Counted from the first letter of the stretch, positions 1 through 9,945 are shown. The stretch is 64,000 nt of DNA from an uncultured bacterium (GCA_965369655.1 CBDUQR010000007.1:1-64000), one strand, 5' to 3'. Numbers and translations: made by a program. The notes: a model not told the origin generated them from the letters alone.

Positions 1-84
1 GAACGCGAGCCCCTTTGAGTGGCGCAAAGAAAAGGTCTACGCAAAGAAAATCCCAGTGTCGCCAATTAACACAAGTTAGTACTA
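1..84 (+). mobile_element. Right end of a probable IS630-family element (transposase C-terminus and end, TA target at 83-84)
   Basis: Frame 2 reads NASPFEWRKEKVYAKKIPVSPINTS* (stop 77-79), resembling the 'PF.W.K' tail of IS630 transposases. It is followed by GTACTAG, and the convergent ORF loses sense at this point. Confidence 0.55.
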
Positions 85-491
85 GGATCGTTCCTATATG
101 ACTCCAGAATACTTAGCTCAAAATATCTATATGCTAACTGAGGTTCACCAATTCGGAGCAACCTCGTATATGGCCTATCAAGAAACTCATTGTCATTCAG
201 CGTATCCTTGAGTGATTTTCTTGTCGGATAAAGACAAGTGTCATTCAGCCCTCGATTCTTGATCTTTTCCAACTGTACATCAATCGGCTCGGGTTCAAGA
301 GCGAGAATGTGAATATTCTGATGTCTATCTCCGAAGTTTACAACAACATCCCCTGATTTCACTAAGCTACTGATGGAACAAACGAGTTTCTCTTTGTTAC
401 CTTCAAGATGAGATAAAGGTAATCCATTGAAATCTCGGGAGTTTATGTAGAAATCAACTACGGTCTTTATGATATCTTGATCACTGGTCAT
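66..491 (-). pseudogene. Low-GC hypothetical protein, 3'-truncated by the IS end
   Basis: AT-rich ORF (likely start MTSDQ at 491). The last residues (STNLC) are read from the IS end after ...YRNDP. Confidence 0.55.
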
Positions 492-572
492 AGCAAAATG
501 TAGCGAAAATCCTTTGTACATGCAATCAAATCCTGGTCACTCTGAGATGGAAAACGGTTCTTACTCCAGTCC

Positions 573-605
573 GTAGCTCACCCAGAGCGCAGCGTCGGGT
601 GAGTT
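573..605 (+). repeat. GTAG-type REP, family A, copy 1
   Basis: GTAG-CTCACCC-AGAGCGCAGCGTC-GGGTGAG-TT; homologous copies at 47996 and 48053. Confidence 0.8.
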
Positions 606-623
606 CATGTTGAGTGCATCGAT

Positions 624-828
624 GTTTGTCGGGAATGGTCTTGCAGGAGATCGCCAGGTCACACCGACGACTCCGTCGTCGCCAAGACCCGGCGAAACTA
701 TCTTATGGGGTAGACCCTTCAAAGCTCAGGACTTGCGAGGATGTCTGCCGCCCACGATACCGGTTTACCGTGCCCGCAGGAGCTGTGCTCCTGCGCAATT
801 CGTCGGGGCACAGCCCTGACGAGCACGG
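624..828. repeat. Cluster of palindromes / REP-like mosaic
   Basis: Branched hairpin at 624-698 (GGTCTTG/CAAGACC, CGACGAC/GTCGTCG), REP-like unit at 706-755 with a 21-nt insert, inverted doublet at 768-828. Confidence 0.7.
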
Positions 829-875
829 AACTCTCACTGCGTGAGGAAATGCTGATGGATGTATACGGTGTTTTT

Positions 876-1079
876 CTACGCCAGCAGGTCGAGTATGGCG
901 TCTTGCATTCGCAGCGCAGTCTTGAGTGAGGCGATGTTAGCAGAGTAGCCGCGTTCTGAAACCATCAAGCCGACCATATCCCGTGACAAGTCGACCTTTT
1001 CTATGTCCTGCAGGTTCCTGGCGTACCTCTGCATCATTTCGGCATGATGCCTGATTCCCTGTACGGCATGAATCCTCAT
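876..1079 (-). CDS. Small protein consisting mainly of a flagellar basal-body rod/hook C-terminal domain
   Basis: VDLSRDMVGLMVSERGYSANIASLKTALRMQDAILDL matches the Flg_bbr_C pattern; RBS AGAGGAGG precedes ATG 1079. Confidence 0.7.
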   Translation of the reverse strand: MRIHAVQGIRHHAEMMQRYARNLQDIEKVDLSRDMVGLMVSERGYSANIASLKTALRMQDAILDLLA

Positions 1080-1211
1080 CGAGCCTCCTCTATTATGTTG
1101 ATTTCGGCAATCGGACCAAGACACATTATATTGGGTAGATGATAGTTCAGATTTTGATCACATAGCCTATCTGCAGCGGCAGAGAGTTGCCTCAAACATC
1201 ATCAAAAGCGG

Positions 1212-1240
1212 TTGACACGCGGGGGGAGAGTAAGTATTAT
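1212..1240 (+). promoter_or_regulatory. Sigma70-type promoter of the EF-G gene
   Basis: TTGACA-17 nt-TATTAT. Confidence 0.7.
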
Positions 1241-1287
1241 AACAACTTCGCTTTGAGGCAGTAACCTGAAGATTTGGGAGTGAATGG

Positions 1288-3372
1288 GTGAAAGAGTATA
1301 AGATTGAACAGATACGGAACCTGGCTCTATGTGGACACAACAGCAGCGGCAAGACAACGCTGGCCGAAGCCATACTCCATGTCACCGGTACAAGCAAGAG
1401 ATTCGGCAAGGTCGACGAGGGAACCTCGGTGTCCGACTTCACGGACGAGGAGATTTCTCGCAGAATATCAATCTCAGCCACCCTGCTTCACGCCGACCAC
1501 AAGGGGACCAAGTTCAATGTGATCGACCTACCCGGCTTTCCCGACCTGTTCGGCGAGACAGTCGCAGCATTGCCGGCTGTCGATCTCGCAGCAATCGTCG
1601 TGAGCGCAACTGCTGGCGTCGAAGTAATCACCGAGCAGGTAGTCAAATACTGCGATGCGCATGATTTGCCAAGAGCGTTCGTGATAAGCAAGATTGACAA
1701 GGAACATGTCGAATATCAGTCTGTCGTCGACAAGATTCAACTTGCGTTCGGCCACGCGGCCGTACCTGTACAGTTGCCGATCGGCGAGGCGCTGACATTC
1801 AAAGGCGTCGTCGATCTCGTGAGCCAGAAAGCGTTCACGTATGATGACAACGGCAAAGCGACGCCGATAGATATTCCTGACGATATGAAGGACGCTGTTC
1901 AGGCAGCAAGGGAGCAACTAATCGAGAATGTAGCTGAATCGGACGATCAACTGCTCGAAAAGTTTTTCGATTCCGGCGAGCTTACGGATGATGAAATTCG
2001 ATCAGGCATGAAGAACGCGATCCAGAACCGAACGATCATGCCGATTTTCGTCACTTCGGCCATTACCGGCGCCGGTGTGAACACATTCCTTAGTTTTGCT
2101 GCTGACTATTTCCCAACCCCCGGCGATGCTAAAGAATTCAAGGGGGTTGCTCCTGGGACTACAGACGAGAAAGTTCGCCCGATTGCCGAGGACGGCGTTC
2201 CGACCGCATACGTGTTCAAGACTGTATCCGAGGCGCATGTGGGGGAACTGTCATTCGTAAGGATATTCTCGGGCAAGCTGAGCCATGGAACCGATGTATA
2301 CAATGTTGATACCTCGACCTCGGAGAAGATTGGCCAGATATATGTCACCAACGGGAAAGAGCGAAATGAGGTCAGTGCAGTTGGAGTTGGCGACATGGCG
2401 GCTCTGGTGAAACTGCGCGACACGCACACCGGCAATGTCCTGACTGCAAAGTCTGATCAAATTGCCATGCCTCCTCTCGATTATCCGTCTCCGGTTGTTG
2501 ATCTTGGTATCAGGCCGATTGCCAAGGGTGACGAGGAGAAGATCAGTTCTGGTCTTACACGGCTTCGCGAGGAGGATCCGACCTTCATGCTGGTCGCCGA
2601 TCCTGAGTTGAAGCAGACGTTGATTCTGGCGCAGGGTGAGTTGCAGGTCGATATCCTGGTCAAGAAGCTCAAGGAGAGATTCGGTGTCGAAGTGGAACTC
2701 GTCAAGCCGAAGATTCCTTTCCGTGAGACGCTCACCGGCAAGGCAGAGGTTGTCCACAGGTACAAGAAGCAGAGCGGAGGCCGAGGGCAGTTTGGCGAGG
2801 TTCATATCCGAGTCGCCCCTCGCGCCCGCAGTGAAGGTTTCGAGTTTGTCAACTCGATCAGCGGCGGTGTAATTCCTGCGAAGTTCATTCCTTCGGTGAA
2901 AAAGGGAGTTCTCGAAGCGATGCAGCAGGGTAAGCTTTCGGGCCACCCGGTGATTGATATTCAGGTTGAGCTGTTCTACGGAAAGACACATCCAGTCGAT
3001 TCGTCGGATCAGGCGTTCAAGATGGCTGGTCTGTTCGCATTCAGAGATGCGTTCGACAGATGCAATCCTATCATGCTTGAGCCGATTTACGACATCGAGG
3101 TCCGAATCCCTGACGAGTTCACGGGAGACGTGGCCGGAGATATTTCATCGAGACGCGGCAGAATCGCCGGGATGACTCCGGACAGAGGACAGACAGTCAT
3201 CAAGGCACAAGTGCCTCTGGCCGAACTGTACAAGTACTCGACTCAACTCAAGTCAATCACGCAGGGACGCGGTCTCTACTCGAGAGAATTCTCGCGCTAC
3301 GAAGAGGTCCCCCGCGACATTCAGGAGAAGCTGGTCGCAGAATATCAGCAGGCGAAAGAAGCAGACAAATAA
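1288..3372 (+). CDS. fusA: Elongation factor G paralogue (EF-G2-like)
   Basis: GHNSSGKTT, DLPG, KKQSGGRGQFG, HPVDSS, LEPI..., STQLKSITQGRG; 694 aa; not in an rpsL-rpsG-tuf operon. Confidence 0.92.
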   Translation: MKEYKIEQIRNLALCGHNSSGKTTLAEAILHVTGTSKRFGKVDEGTSVSDFTDEEISRRISISATLLHADHKGTKFNVIDLPGFPDLFGETVAALPAVDLAAIVVSATAGVEVITEQVVKYCDAHDLPRAFVISKIDKEHVEYQSVVDKIQLAFGHAAVPVQLPIGEALTFKGVVDLVSQKAFTYDDNGKATPIDIPDDMKDAVQAAREQLIENVAESDDQLLEKFFDSGELTDDEIRSGMKNAIQNRTIMPIFVTSAITGAGVNTFLSFAADYFPTPGDAKEFKGVAPGTTDEKVRPIAEDGVPTAYVFKTVSEAHVGELSFVRIFSGKLSHGTDVYNVDTSTSEKIGQIYVTNGKERNEVSAVGVGDMAALVKLRDTHTGNVLTAKSDQIAMPPLDYPSPVVDLGIRPIAKGDEEKISSGLTRLREEDPTFMLVADPELKQTLILAQGELQVDILVKKLKERFGVEVELVKPKIPFRETLTGKAEVVHRYKKQSGGRGQFGEVHIRVAPRARSEGFEFVNSISGGVIPAKFIPSVKKGVLEAMQQGKLSGHPVIDIQVELFYGKTHPVDSSDQAFKMAGLFAFRDAFDRCNPIMLEPIYDIEVRIPDEFTGDVAGDISSRRGRIAGMTPDRGQTVIKAQVPLAELYKYSTQLKSITQGRGLYSREFSRYEEVPRDIQEKLVAEYQQAKEADK

Positions 3373-3411
3373 ATACGCTTTTGAGATATTTCGCTCACAA
3401 TAAGGCAATTC

Positions 3412-3443
3412 GGCGCGCATCCATCGGGTGCGCGTCTTGCTTT
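3412..3443 (+). terminator. Probable intrinsic terminator
   Basis: GGCGCGCATCC-atc-GGGTGCGCGTC followed by TTGCTTT. Confidence 0.5.
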
Positions 3444-3545
3444 GCGTGCGATATGGTGTGATGGTTCAAGTCTGGTAGCATACTACTTTGTGTAACAGGC
3501 AGATACGCGGTCAGATATGTTCCTTGAACAGCGTGAGAGTTTTAT

Positions 3546-3575
3546 TTGACTTGGCTTCGACGCGGGAGCTATATT
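3546..3575 (+). promoter_or_regulatory. Putative sigma70 promoter of the long operon
   Basis: TTGACT-18 nt-TATATT. Confidence 0.45.
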
Positions 3576-3592
3576 GGTGAAGTAAAGGCTGG

Positions 3593-6500
3593 TTGATACA
3601 CGCCTGGCTGTGGATGAAGGCAACTGAAATTCAGTGCGAGAGGATTGTTCTGACTGTGAGTCATAACATCACAATATCTGTGTTGGCGATAATCGCATGC
3701 TGCCTGCTTTCAGGAGCGACAGTTCATGGCTCCTGGGCGTACGATGGCGATCTCGAGAGATTCAGTGCAGATTTCTTCGATCAGAATGCGGCTGCGAGTA
3801 AAGACTTTTCGGACTTAAGAGATTCGCTCTCGATCGGAATCGTCGGCCGCACGGATCAGCACACGATCCTCTTCTCGTATCAGGATTCTACTCTCGAACC
3901 GGGCGGGGCTTTGATTCTCATTTTTCCCGATGGCTTTGAACTGACGTCGCTTCTGGAGGCAAGCTATTCCGACGATGATTCGCTTAACGTCGATCTTTCC
4001 ATAGATACGCTTATTACCGCAGGCAGCAATGTCGAGATCAGATTCGATACGACCGGTTCTGCGCCAGACAGCGGTTCGTCGATTCGAATCGCACTCGACA
4101 GTATCATCAGTTCCACAACATCAGGAGAATACTGGGTGATTGCAACGTCGGTCGACAGCTCAGGTATGCTTCTTGCCGGTCCGACCATCAGCGAGCCTTT
4201 TTCACTGGAGGCGGACAGCATAGAATCCGTAGAGATCGATCCGGATTATGTCCCGTATGTCATCGCAGGGAACACCGTCGCATTTTCCTGCGCCGCAACC
4301 GATCAATTCGACAATGCAGTCGATGATTTCGAGACACTCTGGTCAGTCGTCAACATTTCTGAAGGATATGATCCGAATGGAGTGATCTCAGATGAGGGCG
4401 TCTATCTCGGACTTCACTCAGGACCGTCCAAAGTCTTCTGCAAGGTCAGCACCGGAGTCGACACCCTGCTCGACTCTGCCATCGTAATTGTTTACCACGC
4501 CGATTTTGACCACTACACTGTTTCCGGATTTCCCGAATCTGTGCTGGCCGGTACACCTCTGACGGATTCGATTGTAGTCGCTGCCGAGGATTTATACGGA
4601 AATCTCTTGACCAATTTCTCGACGATTCTCTGGTTCAAGACCAGTGATCCAAGGGCGAGTATCTCACCAGATTCCCTCTCGCCGGATACGTTCACTCCCG
4701 GCATAGACGGAATTGAGATATACCCTGGAGCCGGTTTTGTCCTGAGAACTGCCGGGCTCCAGCAGGTGACTCTGACCGATACGGCAGGGACCTCGCTGAG
4801 TGTACCTGTGTTTGTGGAAGCTGGGGCGCCTGCATCATTCGAATTAGAAGTACCGTCACATGTCATAGCCGGGCAGGAGTTCACTGTCACTGTCACCAAC
4901 CTGAAGGATGCCGCTGACAATCTGCTCGATGCAGTTGTCGAGATAGAACTCGAGACGGACGGGATTTCACCGGGTGGCGACAATCCGCAGTTGTCATCGT
5001 TCATCGTGTCGTCGGGAAGCGGATCAGCCGGTCAGGTACTCGTGATGGCCGAGACCACTGCGGTCAGGGCGACTGTCGGCTCTGTGAGCATAGTCAGCGA
5101 CCCTGTCGTCGTAAACAATGCTGCCGCCGACATTTTCACGGTCGAAATGTCTACTCCTGAAATCGTCGGCATGCCGTTCGGCTACGCCTCGATCCATGCG
5201 TTTGATCCGTATGGAAACGCTGCAGTCGACTTTGATGCTTCGGTCGACGCCGTTACGATAACTCCTGACGCGACTGGATCGGCCGTACCGTCACGGCTCG
5301 ATACTGATTCGAGTTTTATCGACGGACTCTGTGACCTCACGCGGTTCGACTTTAAGTACTATGGTCAGGCGCGATTCCTGACTTTCGCCGTCGAGTCAGA
5401 CTCCGGCGTCTATGGCGTATCGAACATGGTGGAGATCAACTCGGCTAAGATAGAGCAGCTGGCACTCGACAAGGAGCAGTATTTCGAGGGCGAGACAGCA
5501 GTGGCGACTGTGACGATTACCAATTTCGGATCGTTCGAGACGAGAATCATCGACATATCGTTGTCGTCTTCGCAGGGTCCCCTTGCGGTTACTGCACTGA
5601 CTCCGGAGCTTCCGGATACTATCGGTGGCAACGAATCACGCGACTACGAGTTGACGACTGTTATCCCTGTGAATTTTGATCCACAGATGACCAGTTTCAG
5701 CGCAGCATTCAGCGCGTTTGCGAACCAACAGCTTATCACAGACACGAGCGGTTACCTTGATTCAGCGCGGATTCTCAGCCAGAAGAATTTGGTTTATACC
5801 GATTTGTCTCTATCACCGCAGGTAATATCCAGGGGAGAGACATACTCGTTCTTCTGCCAGGTTCAGCATATCGGTGCGGTCAACGTTCAACTCGACACCA
5901 CGAGTACAATGCAATTCATATCTGATGAGAACGATACGTTTGTAACGCGGCTGTCGAATCCGATCCCAATTCCAGCTTCCGCTCAGCCGATCACCCTGTT
6001 CTTCGAAGACAAGCAAATCGACCAGGGGTTCGCATCGGGAACGTATGAAGTGTACCTGTACCTGAGAGGGACTCAGGGGCTGGTCAACTACAGCGAAGAT
6101 ATTACGCTGACCGATTCGATTCTGATTCAGAGTCCGTCGTCGATACGATTTGTCGATGGCAGCTTCAGCCCTGAGACAGCATTCCGCGGCATGGAGATCG
6201 TGCCTGAGATCACTGTCGTGAACGATGGCGAGGCATTGCTTCAACTCGATGTCGCGCGTTCGCTCCTGAGACTCACGGCCGACGACGACGAAATCCGTTT
6301 CACAATTGACGAGACAATATCCACAGTGATCGAAGGTTCCACGGTGTTGCGGTTCATGCCGAAGACGATCAGGACTTCGTTTCCACTCACGTCGAATTCG
6401 CTCACTCTGGACCTGTTCGGCGAGGAGAACGGTCATACGCAGGACATCTCGATCGATCTCGGCGAGAATCTGATTGATTTACTTCAGCAAGCCGCCGTCA

Positions 6501-7987
6501 GGCTCGTGTCGCTGACCGCTCACGCGCCGAATATGCCGAACATCAATGCAGGCATGGAATTCTATCTCACCGCAAACGTTACAAACGAATCCGAGGAAGA
6601 ACTTGCTGATATAAGCATAAGCTTCGAGTCAGACGGGTCATCGGAATTCGAGGAGACGATGATGCTCGAAAGCCTCGGTGTCGGCGAGACGGATTCGGTC
6701 ATTCTGGAAGTGACTGCCTCGACAGAGCCGAATCCATCCGAGCTGTTCACGGCGTCAATCATCTCTGCGACGGGCGTCTCGACCGGTCAGGACGCGACTG
6801 TGGCGAGTCCGCTCGACAATACCGCAGCGGTAAACATACAGTCGGCGGGACTGATCGAACTCGACGCTCGGATCGACGGCCCCCCTGCGGCGGTCGATGG
6901 AATCCTGTCGTTTGGTCAGACGTTCCATGTCGCGGCTGAGTTTGCGAATATCGGACAGGCAAACGTCGGCGCTGGCGAGATCACGCTTTCACTGCCTGAC
7001 CCTGATTTTGATGTGGCAGATCCGTTGATTGTCTCTGCTTCTGTCGACGAAGCTATCGGTTGGACTATCACGGCTCCGCGCAAGAATGGTCAGTTCGATC
7101 TGATCGTGGAATTGACAGGGATTCCGCTCGATTCAAATTCTCGCCTTCCGGCACAGGTATCGCGCAGCGCAGATACGATTCATGTCGCTGTGGAAGAAGA
7201 GGACCTGAAGCTTCGGGTCTGGTACGAGTTCTATTCGGCTGACCTTGTCGGTTCCGGCGAACAACTCGACTTACTCAAACTCAGCTTCACGGCGGTTGCC
7301 GACAATGATGAATCTCAGATCAGGATCGATGAGGTCGCACTGATGCTGTCTGATCGAAACGGCAATGCTCTCGATGCCGCCGATCTGTTCAATTCAGCAT
7401 CGGTCGAGATCGAGGATGCGGGTCAGTATTCCGGATCCCTGACAGCCGACCAGATTGTCTTTAACATTGGCGACGTCACAGTTTCGCGCGTCGACACGCT
7501 CGATGCTGTTATCACAGTCGTGATGCGCGATGATGTTCTTTCCGAGAACTTTTTCGTGTCGATTGGCAGCAGCGGGATCGACGCGATAGATTTCACATTC
7601 AATGTCGAAGGCGTCCGCGTTGTTGTGCTCGGCAGGGGAGACGGAGCGCTGGAATCCACTGCGGGTTACGGCGTTGTTCCGGCTGGACTCGACGCATCGT
7701 TCTACAACTATCCGAACCCGTTTGCGGCGGGTGTCGAGGAGACGAACATCGTCTATTTCCTCTCTCAATCGACAGACATAACGTTCGAGATATTTACGCT
7801 CATCGGGGAGAAAGTCTTTTCTAAATCGGTTGCGGCCGGTGATGCCGGAGCGCGCGAAGGAATGAATGCGCTGATTTGGGATGGCAGGAACAGCCGGGGC
7901 GATGTGGTCAGGAACGGCGTCTACATCGCGGTGCTGTCTCTCGGCTCCGGTGGCGAAGTCCGAACGAAGATCGCTGTGGTGAAATGA
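3593..7987 (+). CDS. Large acidic secreted multi-Ig-like protein with C-terminal FlgD-Ig/T9SS-like sorting domain (start may be GTG 3656)
   Basis: Hydrophobic signal-like segment, beta-rich acidic body, C-terminus YNYPNPF...IFTLIGEKV...WDGRNSRGDVVRNGVY...KIAVVK. Confidence 0.8.
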   Translation: MIHAWLWMKATEIQCERIVLTVSHNITISVLAIIACCLLSGATVHGSWAYDGDLERFSADFFDQNAAASKDFSDLRDSLSIGIVGRTDQHTILFSYQDSTLEPGGALILIFPDGFELTSLLEASYSDDDSLNVDLSIDTLITAGSNVEIRFDTTGSAPDSGSSIRIALDSIISSTTSGEYWVIATSVDSSGMLLAGPTISEPFSLEADSIESVEIDPDYVPYVIAGNTVAFSCAATDQFDNAVDDFETLWSVVNISEGYDPNGVISDEGVYLGLHSGPSKVFCKVSTGVDTLLDSAIVIVYHADFDHYTVSGFPESVLAGTPLTDSIVVAAEDLYGNLLTNFSTILWFKTSDPRASISPDSLSPDTFTPGIDGIEIYPGAGFVLRTAGLQQVTLTDTAGTSLSVPVFVEAGAPASFELEVPSHVIAGQEFTVTVTNLKDAADNLLDAVVEIELETDGISPGGDNPQLSSFIVSSGSGSAGQVLVMAETTAVRATVGSVSIVSDPVVVNNAAADIFTVEMSTPEIVGMPFGYASIHAFDPYGNAAVDFDASVDAVTITPDATGSAVPSRLDTDSSFIDGLCDLTRFDFKYYGQARFLTFAVESDSGVYGVSNMVEINSAKIEQLALDKEQYFEGETAVATVTITNFGSFETRIIDISLSSSQGPLAVTALTPELPDTIGGNESRDYELTTVIPVNFDPQMTSFSAAFSAFANQQLITDTSGYLDSARILSQKNLVYTDLSLSPQVISRGETYSFFCQVQHIGAVNVQLDTTSTMQFISDENDTFVTRLSNPIPIPASAQPITLFFEDKQIDQGFASGTYEVYLYLRGTQGLVNYSEDITLTDSILIQSPSSIRFVDGSFSPETAFRGMEIVPEITVVNDGEALLQLDVARSLLRLTADDDEIRFTIDETISTVIEGSTVLRFMPKTIRTSFPLTSNSLTLDLFGEENGHTQDISIDLGENLIDLLQQAAVRLVSLTAHAPNMPNINAGMEFYLTANVTNESEEELADISISFESDGSSEFEETMMLESLGVGETDSVILEVTASTEPNPSELFTASIISATGVSTGQDATVASPLDNTAAVNIQSAGLIELDARIDGPPAAVDGILSFGQTFHVAAEFANIGQANVGAGEITLSLPDPDFDVADPLIVSASVDEAIGWTITAPRKNGQFDLIVELTGIPLDSNSRLPAQVSRSADTIHVAVEEEDLKLRVWYEFYSADLVGSGEQLDLLKLSFTAVADNDESQIRIDEVALMLSDRNGNALDAADLFNSASVEIEDAGQYSGSLTADQIVFNIGDVTVSRVDTLDAVITVVMRDDVLSENFFVSIGSSGIDAIDFTFNVEGVRVVVLGRGDGALESTAGYGVVPAGLDASFYNYPNPFAAGVEETNIVYFLSQSTDITFEIFTLIGEKVFSKSVAAGDAGAREGMNALIWDGRNSRGDVVRNGVYIAVLSLGSGGEVRTKIAVVK

Positions 7988-9810
7988 TGAGACTGCGTAT
8001 CATATTGATCTGCTGGATTGCCTTTGTCGTCTGCCTTGGGTCTGCTTACGCACGTGATCCACAGGGAGGACGCGAGTCGCTCTTCATTCTGGGTGCGGGC
8101 GCTCGAGCGCTCGGAATGGGCGGTGCGTTCACAGGAATCGCGGACGATGTCTCCGCGTCATACTGGAATCCAGCCGGCCTCTCACTGCTCGAACATCGAG
8201 AACTGGGCGTGATGCATGTCACGTTGTATGAGGAGACTGTCTACGATTACGTTGCGGCAGCCTGGCCAATCCTCGATCTGGGGACCATAGCCGTCAGCGG
8301 GATCAGACTCGGATCGAGCGGGATCGAGTTCCGCGATCAGTTCGGGCCGCGCGGGACATACGACTACTCGACGGGTCAATACTGGCTTTCTTTTGCGAGA
8401 AGGTTATTCGGGTTCGTTCACGGCGGCTCAAATCTGAAAATCATCAGCGAGAATCTGGGCGATTTCTCGGCTACGACCGCGAGTGTCGATTTCGGCTTAC
8501 TGCTTACGCCATTTCGTGCGGTTTCGCTCGGCGTAACAGTTCAGGACGCTCTCGGGGGGGGGCTGAAGCTTTCCTCGAAAGAAGAGGAGATTCCACGTAA
8601 TATCAAAGCAGGGATCGGAGCAAAATGGCGGAGCAGGGATGAATCCTATGCGTTCACCGCGGATATTGACATAGACATGACTGAAGGACAACCGGCTTCA
8701 AGCCACGTCGGCGGAGAGTTGATGCTGTTCCAGAATCTCTTCACCAGAGTCGGATACGACAGAGAATACGTGACGTTCGGCGGCGGCGTCAAGTACGGCC
8801 TTGCTGCTGTTGATTACGCCTATAAAACACACGATGTTCTCGGGTCGAGCCACCGCATCGGCCTGACGCTGTTCTTCGGTCCGACAATAGATGAGCAGAG
8901 GCAGGCTCGCGATAGCAGGCGGCGCGAGAATGAGCAGGTGAGACTCGCTTCCGAACGCAGGTCTCGCGCTGATGCTCTCTGGGGTGCTGCGACTAACGCG
9001 TACGAAAGAAGTCAGCTCGATTCGGCGGAGGTTCTCTGCAGCCAGGTGATTGGATACGATCCGAGTCACGATGAAGCGAAGGTTCTGTTGACGAGAATCC
9101 GGTCGCTTCTGGAGCAGCAGACAAGAGAAGAGATCGAGGTTCAGAGCGAGCAGAAGGCGATGGAGAATCTCATAGCTGAACGACTCGACAACGCTCGCGG
9201 TCTCTTCGAGTCCGGCAAGCTGGCGGAGTCTCGCGCAGAATTCGACGAGGTGCTCAGACTCAATCCTGACAACACTCTCGCTCGCGATGGTCTCCAGCAG
9301 ATCGATGCGGAAGTGGATCGACAAGTCAGGTCCTATATTGCTCGCGGTGATGAGAAATTTTCGGCGCGCGAATATGCGGAAGCGATTGTGCAGTGGTCCA
9401 GGGCGCTCGCTCTGAAATCGGATTTGGTTGAAGCGACCAGGAAGACCGCAAGAGCCAGGGCGCTCATAGATGCCGACAGGAAAGTCGGCGATGCCGTTCA
9501 GGCGTACTCCGAGGGTGATACAGTGACTGCGAGACGACTCTTCGAGGAAGTTCTCGATATCGATTCAACCAACCAGACGGCGATTAGGTATATTGTGATA
9601 ATGGATCGCGAGCAGGCGCCGGTGGTGACAATGGAAGAACTGAAGGGCGATGATGAGTACTGGATTATATATCGCGAAGGGGTGCAACTGTTCCGCGATA
9701 AGAAGTTCGATGAGGCAATCGACAAGTGGGAGCTTGTGCTGCAGAAATACCCGGGCAGTCGCGAAGCCTTGCAGAATATTGAGCAGGCTAAGTTGAGAAA
9801 AGAGCGCTAA
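7984..9810 (+). CDS. PorV/PorQ-like beta-barrel fused to coiled-coil and TPR repeats
   Basis: Signal peptide; GAGARALGMGGAF..ADD.SA.YWNPAGL motif; barrel ends SHRIGLTLFFG; TPR helices follow; ATGA overlap with the upstream stop. Confidence 0.85.
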   Translation: MMRLRIILICWIAFVVCLGSAYARDPQGGRESLFILGAGARALGMGGAFTGIADDVSASYWNPAGLSLLEHRELGVMHVTLYEETVYDYVAAAWPILDLGTIAVSGIRLGSSGIEFRDQFGPRGTYDYSTGQYWLSFARRLFGFVHGGSNLKIISENLGDFSATTASVDFGLLLTPFRAVSLGVTVQDALGGGLKLSSKEEEIPRNIKAGIGAKWRSRDESYAFTADIDIDMTEGQPASSHVGGELMLFQNLFTRVGYDREYVTFGGGVKYGLAAVDYAYKTHDVLGSSHRIGLTLFFGPTIDEQRQARDSRRRENEQVRLASERRSRADALWGAATNAYERSQLDSAEVLCSQVIGYDPSHDEAKVLLTRIRSLLEQQTREEIEVQSEQKAMENLIAERLDNARGLFESGKLAESRAEFDEVLRLNPDNTLARDGLQQIDAEVDRQVRSYIARGDEKFSAREYAEAIVQWSRALALKSDLVEATRKTARARALIDADRKVGDAVQAYSEGDTVTARRLFEEVLDIDSTNQTAIRYIVIMDREQAPVVTMEELKGDDEYWIIYREGVQLFRDKKFDEAIDKWELVLQKYPGSREALQNIEQAKLRKER

Positions 9811-9945
9811 TATCATGTCCCGGGAATCCATTCACAATAAAAAGCGGCTAATTAAATCGTGGCATGGGCATCTTGCCCATGATTCACGGGCAGGATGCCC
9901 GTGCTACTACAAAAAAATATATAAACATATACCCGGGACACGACA
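9811..9945 (+). mobile_element. 135-bp MITE, copy 1, CTAA target-site duplication, internal REP doublet
   Basis: TIRs TATCATGTCCCGGG / rc TGTCGTGTCCCGGG; CTAA at 9807-9810 and 9946-9949; near-identical inverted copy at 33840-33974. Confidence 0.9.

Noticed and set aside
607-929. Short plus-strand ORFs over the palindrome cluster, and likewise 30474-30949
   Set aside because: No RBS or protein motifs; they overlap repeat DNA.
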